From positions 1 to 64,000 of the IMG/VR virus record IMGVR_UViG_3300033121_002118: DNA of 64,000 nucleotides; one strand, 5' to 3'. Position numbers and translations under genes: made by a program. Below, piece after piece: positions 36,706 through 45,587 of this stretch. This DNA comes from a virus (taxonomy: Duplodnaviria > Caudoviricetes). Under the pieces are notes generated by a model. It saw only the letters and a list, made by a program, of their open reading frames with translations. It searched no databases and had not been told where the DNA came from. Every line of letters begins with the position of its first letter. Within the stretch, counting starts at the first letter, position 1.

Positions 36706-37110
36706 TCATCCGTCGACGATCTCGACATAGTCGATGCTGCCGCTCCAGACGACGCGCTCACCGTGCACCAGGTACAGCTCTGTGCCCTTGCCCGTGTCGT
36801 CGGTCATGCTGTACCTGCGTCCGTCCCCGTCCACGGCCTCGAGACGGGCAGGCATGACGTTTGGACGATAAGGCGACACAGACGTCACGGTCAGACGCAG
36901 CGCGGGCTTGGGACGCTGACCCATGCGCTGCGTCGCAGGACGCACTGCGAAGGCGACGCCGGGCTGCAGCTGCGAAAATGAGCTGGCAGGACGGCCCCGC
37001 CTGCTCGTCCGCATGCGCTCACGGCCCTGGTTGGTCGGGGCACCAGCTTCCTTGATTCTCTTCGCTTCTTCGGCCACGATCACGCGCAGGGCACGCCTGG
37101 AGATCAGCAT
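36706..37110 (-). CDS. Leader-family protein
   Basis: MLISRRALRVIVAEEAKRIKEAG... Confidence 0.75.
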   Translation of the reverse strand: MLISRRALRVIVAEEAKRIKEAGAPTNQGRERMRTSRRGRPASSFSQLQPGVAFAVRPATQRMGQRPKPALRLTVTSVSPYRPNVMPARLEAVDGDGRRYSMTDDTGKGTELYLVHGERVVWSGSIDYVEIVDG

Positions 37111-37129
37111 ACGATAGCTGCTATCCGTC

Positions 37130-37546
37130 ATGGGAACGACGATGCAGGCCGCGGCCTTGCTCAGGGAGACGGTCAGGGGCATGGTGGCCGAGGCGAGGCC
37201 CAGGCGACCCAGCAGCGACGAGCGCCAGGCCGGCCAGGACGACAGGGAGGCGCTGGTGCGGTTCACGAGGCAGGCCCGACGGGCCCTGTCGGAGGTCGCC
37301 TACGCGTGGACCCCGCCCAGCGTCGACAGAGATCCGAGCGCCTACTGGAAGGTGTCGTGCGCGATCGTGCCGGAACGGGCCGCCGAGGCGGCCCAGACGC
37401 TCCTGGGCCTGGGCCTCAAGAAGGGTTGGGGCGGCCGGGGGACCACCCACTTCGAGGGCGCCCCTGACGGGATCGACGTGCAGCTGATGGCGTGGAAGAC
37501 GGGCGCCCGACTCACGTTCTCGAAGAGCACGCGCCTGCCGAACTAG
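37130..37546 (+). CDS. Leader-variant protein (LLRETVRGMVAE|A)
   Basis: Divergent from the 37110 gene; high GC3. Confidence 0.7.
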   Translation: MGTTMQAAALLRETVRGMVAEARPRRPSSDERQAGQDDREALVRFTRQARRALSEVAYAWTPPSVDRDPSAYWKVSCAIVPERAAEAAQTLLGLGLKKGWGGRGTTHFEGAPDGIDVQLMAWKTGARLTFSKSTRLPN

Positions 37547-37778
37547 CGAACAAGGCCTGCACGGCGCGCAGGGCGCGTCCGGCGCTGCGCCCCGCCCATG
37601 TGATCGACATGCCCTCGGTGGCCTTGACGGGCACCTGGTGCAGCTCGAGGAACGCGGCGAGCTCCCTGCCGGACGCCTCCAGCGAGAGCAGCCTCCCGTT
37701 CACGGCGGGAAACTGTCCGCCGAGCGCGCACGTCAGCACGGTACGGCGTCGGTCGATGTCTACGGTGATCTTGATCAT
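37512..37778 (-). CDS. Hypothetical protein (MIKITVDID...)
   Basis: High-GC3 frame; overlaps convergent gene end. Confidence 0.5.
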   Translation of the reverse strand: MIKITVDIDRRRTVLTCALGGQFPAVNGRLLSLEASGRELAAFLELHQVPVKATEGMSITWAGRSAGRALRAVQALFASSAGACSSRT

Positions 37779-37850
37779 GGTGGGCGTCCCGGACCAGACC
37801 ACGGTACACCGCGGCGGGGACGCCCCACACCCACCGCGTGGGTCGACGAA

Positions 37851-38153
37851 TCAGCGCTGCTTCCGCAGCGCCATCCGTGCCTTCGTGATGGCGTCCACGG
37901 CGACGTTGATGTGCTCGATCAGGCTCGTGTCAGAGCCCAGAGACTCGAGCGCCAACCCGAGCGAGTCTCGCGCATCGCCCAGGTGCTGCATCGTCGTCTG
38001 GGCCTCAGGCGTGAGGGGCGCAGATGGTCCGACCGCGGGTGTGCCGCGCTTTCGACGGCGCCCACCCATTCCAGGAGGCCTCTTTCCTGCCTCCTGCAGG
38101 CGCAGCGCTTCCTCGTGCACGACCCTTCGCAGCTCGCTCAGCCTGATCCTCAT
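37851..38153 (-). CDS. Small leader-family protein
   Basis: MRIRLSELRRVVHEEALRLQEAG...; TANNTA 38160-38165. Confidence 0.8.
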   Translation of the reverse strand: MRIRLSELRRVVHEEALRLQEAGKRPPGMGGRRRKRGTPAVGPSAPLTPEAQTTMQHLGDARDSLGLALESLGSDTSLIEHINVAVDAITKARMALRKQR

Positions 38154-38180
38154 GCCGTCTACCTATGCGTCCGCCGCGCC

Positions 38181-38468
38181 TTACGTCTCGGACTCGATGA
38201 GCTCACGCAGGTCGTCGACGATCGCGTCGAAGATTCCGCGGGCGAACCCGGATCCCGGATCGAGGACCTGGTCATACACGCCGGGAGGCAGGGCGTCGTT
38301 CACGTCGACCAGCTCCAAGACCCGCTGCATCATCCGAAAGAAATGGTCCTGGACGACCCTGTCGTGCATGGCCCTGTCGATCGGAACGGAGAGCGCCGCG
38401 TCGAGCGCCTGCAGACCCTCGATCTCTTCCTTGATGATCTTGACGAGCTCTGAGCGAGGAATGCGCAT
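38181..38468 (-). CDS. Small leader-family protein
   Basis: MRIPRSELVKIIKEEIEG...; TANNTA 38474-38479. Confidence 0.8.
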   Translation of the reverse strand: MRIPRSELVKIIKEEIEGLQALDAALSVPIDRAMHDRVVQDHFFRMMQRVLELVDVNDALPPGVYDQVLDPGSGFARGIFDAIVDDLRELIESET

Positions 38469-38476
38469 GCAGGTAG

Positions 38477-39334
38477 CTATGCCTCGGCCGCGTGCTCTTG
38501 GGCATGGCACGCCGAGCACAGCACGACCCCGCTGATGTTCCGGTCCAGGTGGTAGGTCGCAACCGCCTCCGCGACCGCGTGCTTCTTCTCGTGGTCGTCA
38601 CCGGGCTCCCCCAGCACACCCACGACCGCTCGGAGCACCTGCGAGAATCGCACTTCGTCGTGATGCACGTGGAGCTCGTCCGTCGATGGGCAGCCCGGGG
38701 TCGTGCACCGGAACCCGGCCGTGACCAGCTTAGGATAGGTCCACTTGCTGTAGAGATGGGAACGACACAAGGCCTGGAGGGCAGACACGCCGCCAGCCCA
38801 TTGCGAATGGGCGGATCCTGTGAGCGGCGTAATCGCACCCGTCCGCCACGAACGGGTCATCGTCGCGCCGCGTTCCTCACGTCGCTCTGGCGTGAAGTTC
38901 GCTGACTGCGTCTGTCCATAGGCAGCGACGCGTTCATCGGTCGCCTTGGTGAGGCCGCTGTTCCAGGTGGTCGCACCCTTCTCGAAGAGTTCTCGGCGCG
39001 TCTTCTGGCTTCGAGCCTGCACCGCATCGTTGTGGCCCCAGTTGTTTTTCACGCGCGAGACATGACCACGGATCCACTCCGTGAACCCGGCCTGGATGCC
39101 CATGAACTTCACTGCACCGCCACAACCGCACCTGCACGTGGGCCGGACGCCGGCGTGAAACAGTCGGACCCGAAGGTCCTCGGCCGTGCCCTTGTGGGCC
39201 TTGCGCCAGTGGACGCTCAGCGAGATGAGGTTGGAGTTCTCGTACGTGCAGGCAGGATCAGGACAGCGATGGGACGACACTTTCGACCTCCAGACACCAT
39301 TGTATGACGCCCAAAGACCGATGTATCTTGTCAT
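38477..39334 (-). CDS. HNH homing endonuclease with C2H2/CxCGCG modules (possible true start GTG 39280)
   Basis: CPDPAC..HWRKAH, CRCGCG, WNSGLTK, LHVHH..LCSACHAQEH. Confidence 0.82.
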   Translation of the reverse strand: MTRYIGLWASYNGVWRSKVSSHRCPDPACTYENSNLISLSVHWRKAHKGTAEDLRVRLFHAGVRPTCRCGCGGAVKFMGIQAGFTEWIRGHVSRVKNNWGHNDAVQARSQKTRRELFEKGATTWNSGLTKATDERVAAYGQTQSANFTPERREERGATMTRSWRTGAITPLTGSAHSQWAGGVSALQALCRSHLYSKWTYPKLVTAGFRCTTPGCPSTDELHVHHDEVRFSQVLRAVVGVLGEPGDDHEKKHAVAEAVATYHLDRNISGVVLCSACHAQEHAAEA

Positions 39335-39343
39335 ACAATCGTG

Positions 39344-39835
39344 TCAGAACTGCAGCACAGCGTTGTCGTAGCGGAGAGTCAAGGAGATCTCCACCGGGGT
39401 GCCGTCCTCGTACGTCAGCTCGCCGAAGTCGCAGTCGGCGATGAGGGTGCCCTTGATGTCCCAGAGCTGCACCACCGTGCCCACCGGATCGACCAGCTTG
39501 AGCTGCATGTCGCGCTTGTAGAAGTCGGCGTAGCCCGCCCTGCCTGACACGGACTCGAAGTGCAGGCGGATCCACTCCATCACCTGCTGCGCGCCCGAGG
39601 GCGCGATCGGGTCGTGGAGCGTGATCTGCATCGTGGAGAACTTGGTCTTGCCCGCCAGGTAGCGGTGCGAGTTCATCCACGGGATCTCGACCTCCTCGGT
39701 CGTGTACTGCGGCCGCTTCGCGGTCTTCAGGAGGTAGGCGTCGATGCCCTCGACCATGAGAATCCAGCGGTTTTTTCTGAGGGGCTCGAATTTATTCGGA
39801 ATCATCGAAGCCACATCAAGGGTCTCAGCAGGCAC
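39344..39835 (-). CDS. Tail tube protein (gp19-like)
   Basis: FEPLRKNRWIL, RYLAGK, ITLHDPIAPSGAQQVMEW, YADFYKRD, LTLRYD. Confidence 0.9.
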   Translation of the reverse strand: MPAETLDVASMIPNKFEPLRKNRWILMVEGIDAYLLKTAKRPQYTTEEVEIPWMNSHRYLAGKTKFSTMQITLHDPIAPSGAQQVMEWIRLHFESVSGRAGYADFYKRDMQLKLVDPVGTVVQLWDIKGTLIADCDFGELTYEDGTPVEISLTLRYDNAVLQF

Positions 39836-39874
39836 GGCAGTTCTCCTTTTTGCGACCTCAGCAATCGCACGGAC

Positions 39875-39880
39875 TAACTA
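39875..39880 (-). promoter_or_regulatory. TANNTA motif upstream of tail tube
   Basis: TAGTTA on minus strand, followed by a leader with AGGAG RBS. Confidence 0.55.
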
Positions 39881-39944
39881 CGTCCGAACGATCATTCACA
39901 TTCACACCGAAACGACCAACAGCAGACAAGCAACAATAGAACCG

Positions 39945-41672
39945 ATGGGTGCAAGAAAAGGAGTACCGCTTGAAGCGATCGAATGTCCGGCTGGCTGCGG
40001 ATTTAGCACAAAGCGCCTGACTGCGTTTGACGCTCACCTCGTGACTGCGCACGGATGCACTTCGCAGGCGCTTTGGGACCAACTCAACGGTGGGTCGACC
40101 AAGTGCGGATGCGGATGCGGTGCGACCACGCAATGGTTGAATTGGCGACATGGCTACGCGCGGTTTCTCAGGGGCCACAACGCAAACCTCGTTGCCGCGC
40201 ACGGTGCACAGGAAGCCGCAAGGATCGCTGCAGCACGAGCAGGCAAGCTACGGGGCCGCCCAGGCTGGGCAAAAGGCCTAACCAAAGACAACGACGAACG
40301 AGTCAAGCGCCGAGCGGAAAAGACAGCGATCGGTCGGCGCAGGGCGTTCACAGACGGCAAGCTGACGGCTTGGAACAAGGGACTGACCAAGGAAAAAGAT
40401 CCGCGCATCGCAGAAGCAGCAACGAAGATTCACGAGACGTATGCACGTGGCGAGCGCACTCCGTGGAATAAGGATGCCAACGCCCAGACCGATCCAAAGA
40501 TCGCTGCTGTCAATGACAGGCTTCGTGAACGCTACGCGAACGGCGAACTGACGATCTGGAGCAAAGGCAGGACGGTCATTGATGATCCCAGGATCGCCAA
40601 GACATGGGCTAAACGAGACCCGGTGCGCGAGTACGCGCATGTCAGGTTCACTGAACAGCAGATCGAGGAACGGCTATCAGGCAACACGCGTCTCCGTTTT
40701 GATTCAGTCGAAGGGTACAAGAACATCTACAGCACGTCGGTCAACGTCCACTGCGCGACGTGCGCATGGACGAGCAAGATCACGCTTGCATTGGCGATGG
40801 GCGACCGCTGTCCCAGCTGCGATGCTTCGGGTTCGAAGGCTCAGAGCGAGCTTTTAAGCTGGATCGAGAGCCTCGGTTACGTCGCCAAGAGCAACGTCGT
40901 CGGCATCGTCGGAGGCAGGCAGCAGATCGACATCTTTGTTCCAGAAAAAATGCTGGGGATCGAATATAACGGCCTGTACTGGCACAGCGAACAGGCAGGA
41001 AGGGACTCGTTCTACCACGCCCGAAAGACGGCGCGATGCACGGCCTTGGGCATCCGGCTCATGCACGTGTTCGAGGACGACTGGCGCGACCGCCGGCCCA
41101 TCGTGGAGTCGCTGATCAGGCACAGGCTGGGTCTCACGCCGAGAAAGGTCTCGGCCCGGGAGTGTGAGCTCAGGGCGCTGTCCGCCAAGGAGCGGCGTGC
41201 CTTCTTCGAGGCCAACCACCTGGACGGCGACGTGGCAGCGAACGAGTGCCTGGGGTTGGTCCTCAGCGGGGAGGTCGTCATGGCCCTCTCCCTCCGTAAG
41301 CCATTCCACCGTGCCCATTCCGATCGGCTCGAGGTCGCCCGGTCGTGTCCGGCGCTCGACACAGTGGTGCGGGGCGGACTCTCCAGGTTGATCAAGGCCG
41401 CGCTCACCCGTGCCAAGGAGCAGAGCAGAGCCGGGCTCATCACGTACGTCGACGGACGCATCGGAGACGGCGCAGGTTACATCAAGGCCGGCCTCAGAAA
41501 AACCGGAGAAACACCGCCTAGGTTCTGGTGGACAGACTTCGACCGGCGCTTCAACCGCTTCAAGTTCAAGGCGAACGCGGCGGAGGGCCTGAGCGAGCGT
41601 GAGGTCGCGGCCCAGGCTGGCGTGGTCAAGGTGTGGGGATGCTCGAACGTCGTGCTGACGATCGACGCGTGA
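39945..41672 (+). CDS. Hef-like / Vsr-like homing endonuclease (575 aa)
   Basis: CGCGCG, WNKGLTK repeats, IDIFVP..GIEYNGLYWHS, HVFEDDW, ARECE, FFEANHLDG, TYVDGR. Confidence 0.8.
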   Translation: MGARKGVPLEAIECPAGCGFSTKRLTAFDAHLVTAHGCTSQALWDQLNGGSTKCGCGCGATTQWLNWRHGYARFLRGHNANLVAAHGAQEAARIAAARAGKLRGRPGWAKGLTKDNDERVKRRAEKTAIGRRRAFTDGKLTAWNKGLTKEKDPRIAEAATKIHETYARGERTPWNKDANAQTDPKIAAVNDRLRERYANGELTIWSKGRTVIDDPRIAKTWAKRDPVREYAHVRFTEQQIEERLSGNTRLRFDSVEGYKNIYSTSVNVHCATCAWTSKITLALAMGDRCPSCDASGSKAQSELLSWIESLGYVAKSNVVGIVGGRQQIDIFVPEKMLGIEYNGLYWHSEQAGRDSFYHARKTARCTALGIRLMHVFEDDWRDRRPIVESLIRHRLGLTPRKVSARECELRALSAKERRAFFEANHLDGDVAANECLGLVLSGEVVMALSLRKPFHRAHSDRLEVARSCPALDTVVRGGLSRLIKAALTRAKEQSRAGLITYVDGRIGDGAGYIKAGLRKTGETPPRFWWTDFDRRFNRFKFKANAAEGLSEREVAAQAGVVKVWGCSNVVLTIDA

Positions 41673-41684
41673 ACGTCGACGTGC

Positions 41685-41963
41685 TCAGTGCGTCTCGTTC
41701 CACGTGTCGATGATGTCGCCGACGACTCGTCCTACTTCGTCGACGGCACCCGTCCTGATCTCGTCAGCGTCTTCGTCGCCGGCGACGCCTTGCTGCACGA
41801 GCTCGTCCACGATCAGCTCAGCGACGCTCTCGATCGCCTCCGTGAGTTCGTGGCTCCACCCGCCAGCCTCCTCGTGCAGGGCGCGCCTGCCATTCTTGAT
41901 GTGCGAGAACTCTTCCTTGACCAGCTCGCGCAGGCCCCGTGCCGTCAACCTCTTTGCAGCCAT
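41685..41963 (-). CDS. Small leader-family protein
   Basis: MAAKRLTARGLRELVKEEF...ALHEEA. Confidence 0.8.
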   Translation of the reverse strand: MAAKRLTARGLRELVKEEFSHIKNGRRALHEEAGGWSHELTEAIESVAELIVDELVQQGVAGDEDADEIRTGAVDEVGRVVGDIIDTWNETH

Positions 41964-41979
41964 CGCATCTTCTCCTGCC

Positions 41980-42186
41980 TCATGCCTCGAACTGGCCCCG
42001 CAGTGCCTCGAGCACCTGCACGGGCGTGATTTGGTGTGCCTTCGCGGCGTCCAGGACGTCGTCCAGGAGGTTGTCGAAGTCCTCGGAGGACTCGAACGAC
42101 CCGCGCCCCGCCGGGTCAGGACCCATGCCCAGGCGGCCCGCTTCTTCCTTGACGATGCGCCGCAGCTGTCCCCTCGTGATGATCAT
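41980..42186 (-). CDS. Small leader-family protein
   Basis: MIITRGQLRRIVKEEAGRL... Confidence 0.8.
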   Translation of the reverse strand: MIITRGQLRRIVKEEAGRLGMGPDPAGRGSFESSEDFDNLLDDVLDAAKAHQITPVQVLEALRGQFEA

Positions 42187-42380
42187 GCTCTGCCCCTCGT
42201 GAGCTCCACCGCGACCCCCATCACTTCATCGATGCCGAACCCCTTGCGACGCAGGGCCTCCAGCGCGTCCAGCAGGTCGCCGAACTCGGGCTCAGACTGT
42301 GGGTTGCCCCTGGGCCCCTCTCCCAGTCGTGAGGCCTCCTCGCGGACGAGGCGCCGGAGCTGTCCCCTCGTGATCCGCAT
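42183..42380 (-). CDS. Small leader-family protein
   Basis: MRITRGQLRRLVREEASRLGEG...; overlaps sheath stop. Confidence 0.8.
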   Translation of the reverse strand: MRITRGQLRRLVREEASRLGEGPRGNPQSEPEFGDLLDALEALRRKGFGIDEVMGVAVELTRGRA

Positions 42381-45300
42381 CAGGGCACCTGGTTCAGGCT
42401 GTTGGCCACCACGAAGTCGAGGCTGACGAACTCGACGCTCTTCGTGGGCTGCACGAAGATCTTGCCCCGGATCGTGTTGTTCTCCACGTCTGCCTGCGTC
42501 GTCGTGGACGTGTCGATCTTGACCAGGAACCGGGTCAGGCCCTGCAGCGCCTGGATGCGCGCCAGCTTGGGCTTGACCGCGTCAGAGAACCGGGCCAGGG
42601 TCGCCTCCCTGTTGGGCTCGAACACGATCGTCTGCGCGATCAGGCGCACCTGGCGCCTGATCTCGATCAGCAGGCGCCGGACGTTGATCCGGTCCAGGGC
42701 CGAGGCGGCGGCCTGCAACGTCTTCTGGCCCCAGACCACCACGCCGCCCTTCGGGTTGGTGCCCGAGGTCGCGGTGCCCGGGAAGGCCACGATCGGGTTG
42801 ATCGAGGCGTCGTACAGGGCGTCCATGTTGTCCTTGGACAGCTTGACCCGAGCCTCCAGGGCGGTCGTGAGCGAGCCCCGGGTGTTGCCCGCAGGCGCGA
42901 ACCAGGGCTGGCCCAGGGCGTCGTTCAAGGCGATCGCGCCCAGGACAGCCACGCTGGGCGGCGCGACCACGTTGGTGCCCGTGGTCGGGTCGGGCATGAC
43001 CACGTCCGGAAAGTAGGCGGCAGAGAAGGAGTTGTCGAGCGCCCTGTCCACGAACGACGCCACGGTCGCGGTGACGCTGGGCAGCTGCTGGTCAGTCGTC
43101 ACCAGATCGCCCGCGTCGTCGTACTGCTCCGGATCCATGACGTAGAGGGCGTCGAAGCGCTCGCGCACGGCCTCTGCGGCCGCGTCTGTCACGATCGGAT
43201 GCCTGATGCCGGGCAACACCAGGAGCTGGATGTCGACGTTCACCGTGTTCTGCATGATCTCGAGCGCCTTGGCGTAGGCCCTGACGTTCGGTCCCATGTT
43301 GCGGCCCCTGTTGGTCGCGTCCATGTCGTTCGTGACGGCCGTGTTGGTGAGGGCAGCCTCCTGCGCGTCGAACACGTTGACACCGTCGAAACCACCCTGG
43401 GCGAAGAACGTGAACTTCGCGAAGCGCCGGTTGGCCTGCGTCAGGTCGGCGACCCTGAAGCCCCGGGTCTTCGCGGAATCGCTGACCACCACGTCGCCGC
43501 TCCGGACGTAGACCGCGGCGTCCCACTCCTGGGGATCGGCGTCGCCCGTGGAGGCGGTGACGACCTGCAGGTTCTCGAGCGTGAAGCCGTTGCGGCAGAA
43601 GCGGTCGGCATCCATGACGCCGTTCGCGTCTGTGTCAGCGATGCCCGCGTTGTCGCCCTCGGCAAAGTTGACCGCGTCTGTCGCGAAGCGCGGGAAGAAC
43701 GCCGCGAACGACCCCAGCGACTCGTTGGCCTGCGTCGAGGCGTTGGGCGTCGTCAGGCTCGTCACGTGCTCGAAGTGGACGCCCCAGTACAGGAGCGGGT
43801 TCACGCTCACCTTCGCGCCTGAGCCCGCCGTGATGTTGGTCCGCATGGGCACCGGAGGAGTCACGGCACGCTTGAGCACGTCCGAGGCACCCATCTGCGC
43901 GCTCGGCGGCGAGGTCATGGGTGCGGAGCCCGAGGTCACCAGGTGGGTCACGCCGCGGAAGCCCATGGGCAACGCGGTCGGGTCCACAGACTGGCCGTCC
44001 ACCTGGCTCGAGACCTCGACCCTGATGAGGTTGGAGCGGTTCGGATAGCTGCCCTCGATCACCAGCTTCTGGGCACTCTCGGTCCGATCGAAGTCGTAGA
44101 AGGCATGCAGGTCGCCGATCACCTTCGCGATGTACCTGTCGCTCGAGGGATCCAGCGACAGCTGCCGCCACTGCTCCACGGGACGCACGTCCGAGTCCCT
44201 GTCGCTCCACTCACGCACGATCAGGTCGAAGGTGCCGTAGCGGTTGGCCGGATCGCTCGAGGGTGCGATGTTCTCGACAGAGAACTTGACGGCGGTCGAG
44301 GGGCCCGCGCCCGCATCGATCGTGTGCAGCCGGAAGAGGTCGACCCGCTGGCCGCCGAAGCGCTGGGACGTGACCCAGGGCGTCACCGCGCTCGAGAACC
44401 TGTCCTCGAAGCTCTCGTAGTTGGGCACGGTGGCCCCCCCGGTGTTCCTGGCCAGCGCGCCGGTCGTCACGAACGCGGCGTGCTCGGCGCCGCCGAGAGA
44501 GGCGGAGACGCCGCCCGAGCCCGACACGGCCGCGGTCAGGCCCGAGCCCGTGAGGGCCGCGGTCGCCGGGTGTAGGTCCCAGTGGGCATACAGGTAGTGT
44601 CCCGCGCGCTGGTACAGCAGTGGATCCCTGTTGAGGGCGTTCACGAAGTAGTTGGGCGCCGTCATGTCGAACGAGGCCGTGATGGCGCTCGGGTACAGCG
44701 GGTCCGTGCCCTGGTGCCCGTTCAGCAGCAGCACGAACTCCTGCTTGGCCGTGCCTGCCTGCGACAGCACGACGGCACCAAAGTGCGAGCCCTGGGCGCT
44801 GTGCTCGGTCGCCACCAGCGTGGGCCCAGGCAGGGCAGAGGCCGTGACGGACGAGGACAGCCTGAGGATCACGCCCGAGGGTGCCATCAGGACGCCCCTG
44901 ACGATGGGCACCGAGGAGCTCACGACGGGGGTGACGCCGCCCACGCCCTGCAGCCCTGCTGAGCTGAAGACTGTGGACCCGGCGGACTCGGACATGAAGC
45001 AGCCCAGGAAGTAGGTGCGGCCCAGAGACGCGCCCGAGCCCGAGGTGGCGAACTGGTTCGCAGTCAGCTGTCCCGTCGTGCCCTGGGGCTGCTGCTCGCC
45101 CACCACGAAGCCCGCCTCGTTGACGCGGCCCGGAAAGCTCCCGTCCGTGTCACGGCGGAGCCCATCGCCCACGCCCAGCACCCGGAGGTACGTCAGGGCG
45201 GTGGCGCGGCGGAGCCACTCGTGCGCGGCCAGGGGACCGAACTTCTCGCCGTCGGTCGGACCGAACTTGGCCGTGAAGTCGTCCACCACGCCCACCGTGA

Positions 45301-45436
45301 CCGGCACGAAGGCCGGACCCTTCTTGGCGGTGCCCACCACGCCAGCTGGGACGCCCGAGGGCTCCACCTGGACGGGCCCCGAGAGGTCGATCTCCCGAGC
45401 CGAGACCCCTGCGCTCCCAAACTTAGCCTGCGCCAC
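42380..45436 (-). CDS. Tail sheath protein (gp18-like), paralog 1
   Basis: GVSAREID, GTAKKGPAFVP, PWFAPAG.TRG, WGQKTLQ..SALDRINVRRLL, FEPN. Confidence 0.93.
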   Translation of the reverse strand: MAQAKFGSAGVSAREIDLSGPVQVEPSGVPAGVVGTAKKGPAFVPVTVGVVDDFTAKFGPTDGEKFGPLAAHEWLRRATALTYLRVLGVGDGLRRDTDGSFPGRVNEAGFVVGEQQPQGTTGQLTANQFATSGSGASLGRTYFLGCFMSESAGSTVFSSAGLQGVGGVTPVVSSSVPIVRGVLMAPSGVILRLSSSVTASALPGPTLVATEHSAQGSHFGAVVLSQAGTAKQEFVLLLNGHQGTDPLYPSAITASFDMTAPNYFVNALNRDPLLYQRAGHYLYAHWDLHPATAALTGSGLTAAVSGSGGVSASLGGAEHAAFVTTGALARNTGGATVPNYESFEDRFSSAVTPWVTSQRFGGQRVDLFRLHTIDAGAGPSTAVKFSVENIAPSSDPANRYGTFDLIVREWSDRDSDVRPVEQWRQLSLDPSSDRYIAKVIGDLHAFYDFDRTESAQKLVIEGSYPNRSNLIRVEVSSQVDGQSVDPTALPMGFRGVTHLVTSGSAPMTSPPSAQMGASDVLKRAVTPPVPMRTNITAGSGAKVSVNPLLYWGVHFEHVTSLTTPNASTQANESLGSFAAFFPRFATDAVNFAEGDNAGIADTDANGVMDADRFCRNGFTLENLQVVTASTGDADPQEWDAAVYVRSGDVVVSDSAKTRGFRVADLTQANRRFAKFTFFAQGGFDGVNVFDAQEAALTNTAVTNDMDATNRGRNMGPNVRAYAKALEIMQNTVNVDIQLLVLPGIRHPIVTDAAAEAVRERFDALYVMDPEQYDDAGDLVTTDQQLPSVTATVASFVDRALDNSFSAAYFPDVVMPDPTTGTNVVAPPSVAVLGAIALNDALGQPWFAPAGNTRGSLTTALEARVKLSKDNMDALYDASINPIVAFPGTATSGTNPKGGVVVWGQKTLQAAASALDRINVRRLLIEIRRQVRLIAQTIVFEPNREATLARFSDAVKPKLARIQALQGLTRFLVKIDTSTTTQADVENNTIRGKIFVQPTKSVEFVSLDFVVANSLNQVP

Positions 45437-45468
45437 GCCGTTCTCCTTGGTTCCTTCGTGTCAGCGAG

Positions 45469-45474
45469 TAACTA
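45469..45474 (-). promoter_or_regulatory. TANNTA motif upstream of sheath 1
   Basis: TAGTTA then AAGGAG RBS. Confidence 0.55.
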
Positions 45475-45587
45475 TGCGACCCTCGCCGAGGCCGTCACTC
45501 ATGAATCGACGTCGTACAGGGCGACCTGCAAATCAGCCAGCTGGTCATCAAGCGCGTCCTGATCCTCACCGTCATTCTCCGTGTTTC

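Noticed and set aside
37543-37830. 95-aa minus-strand ORF (MWGVPAAV...)
   Set aside because: Arg/His-rich off-frame reading; the overlapping frame 37512..37778 has better codon usage
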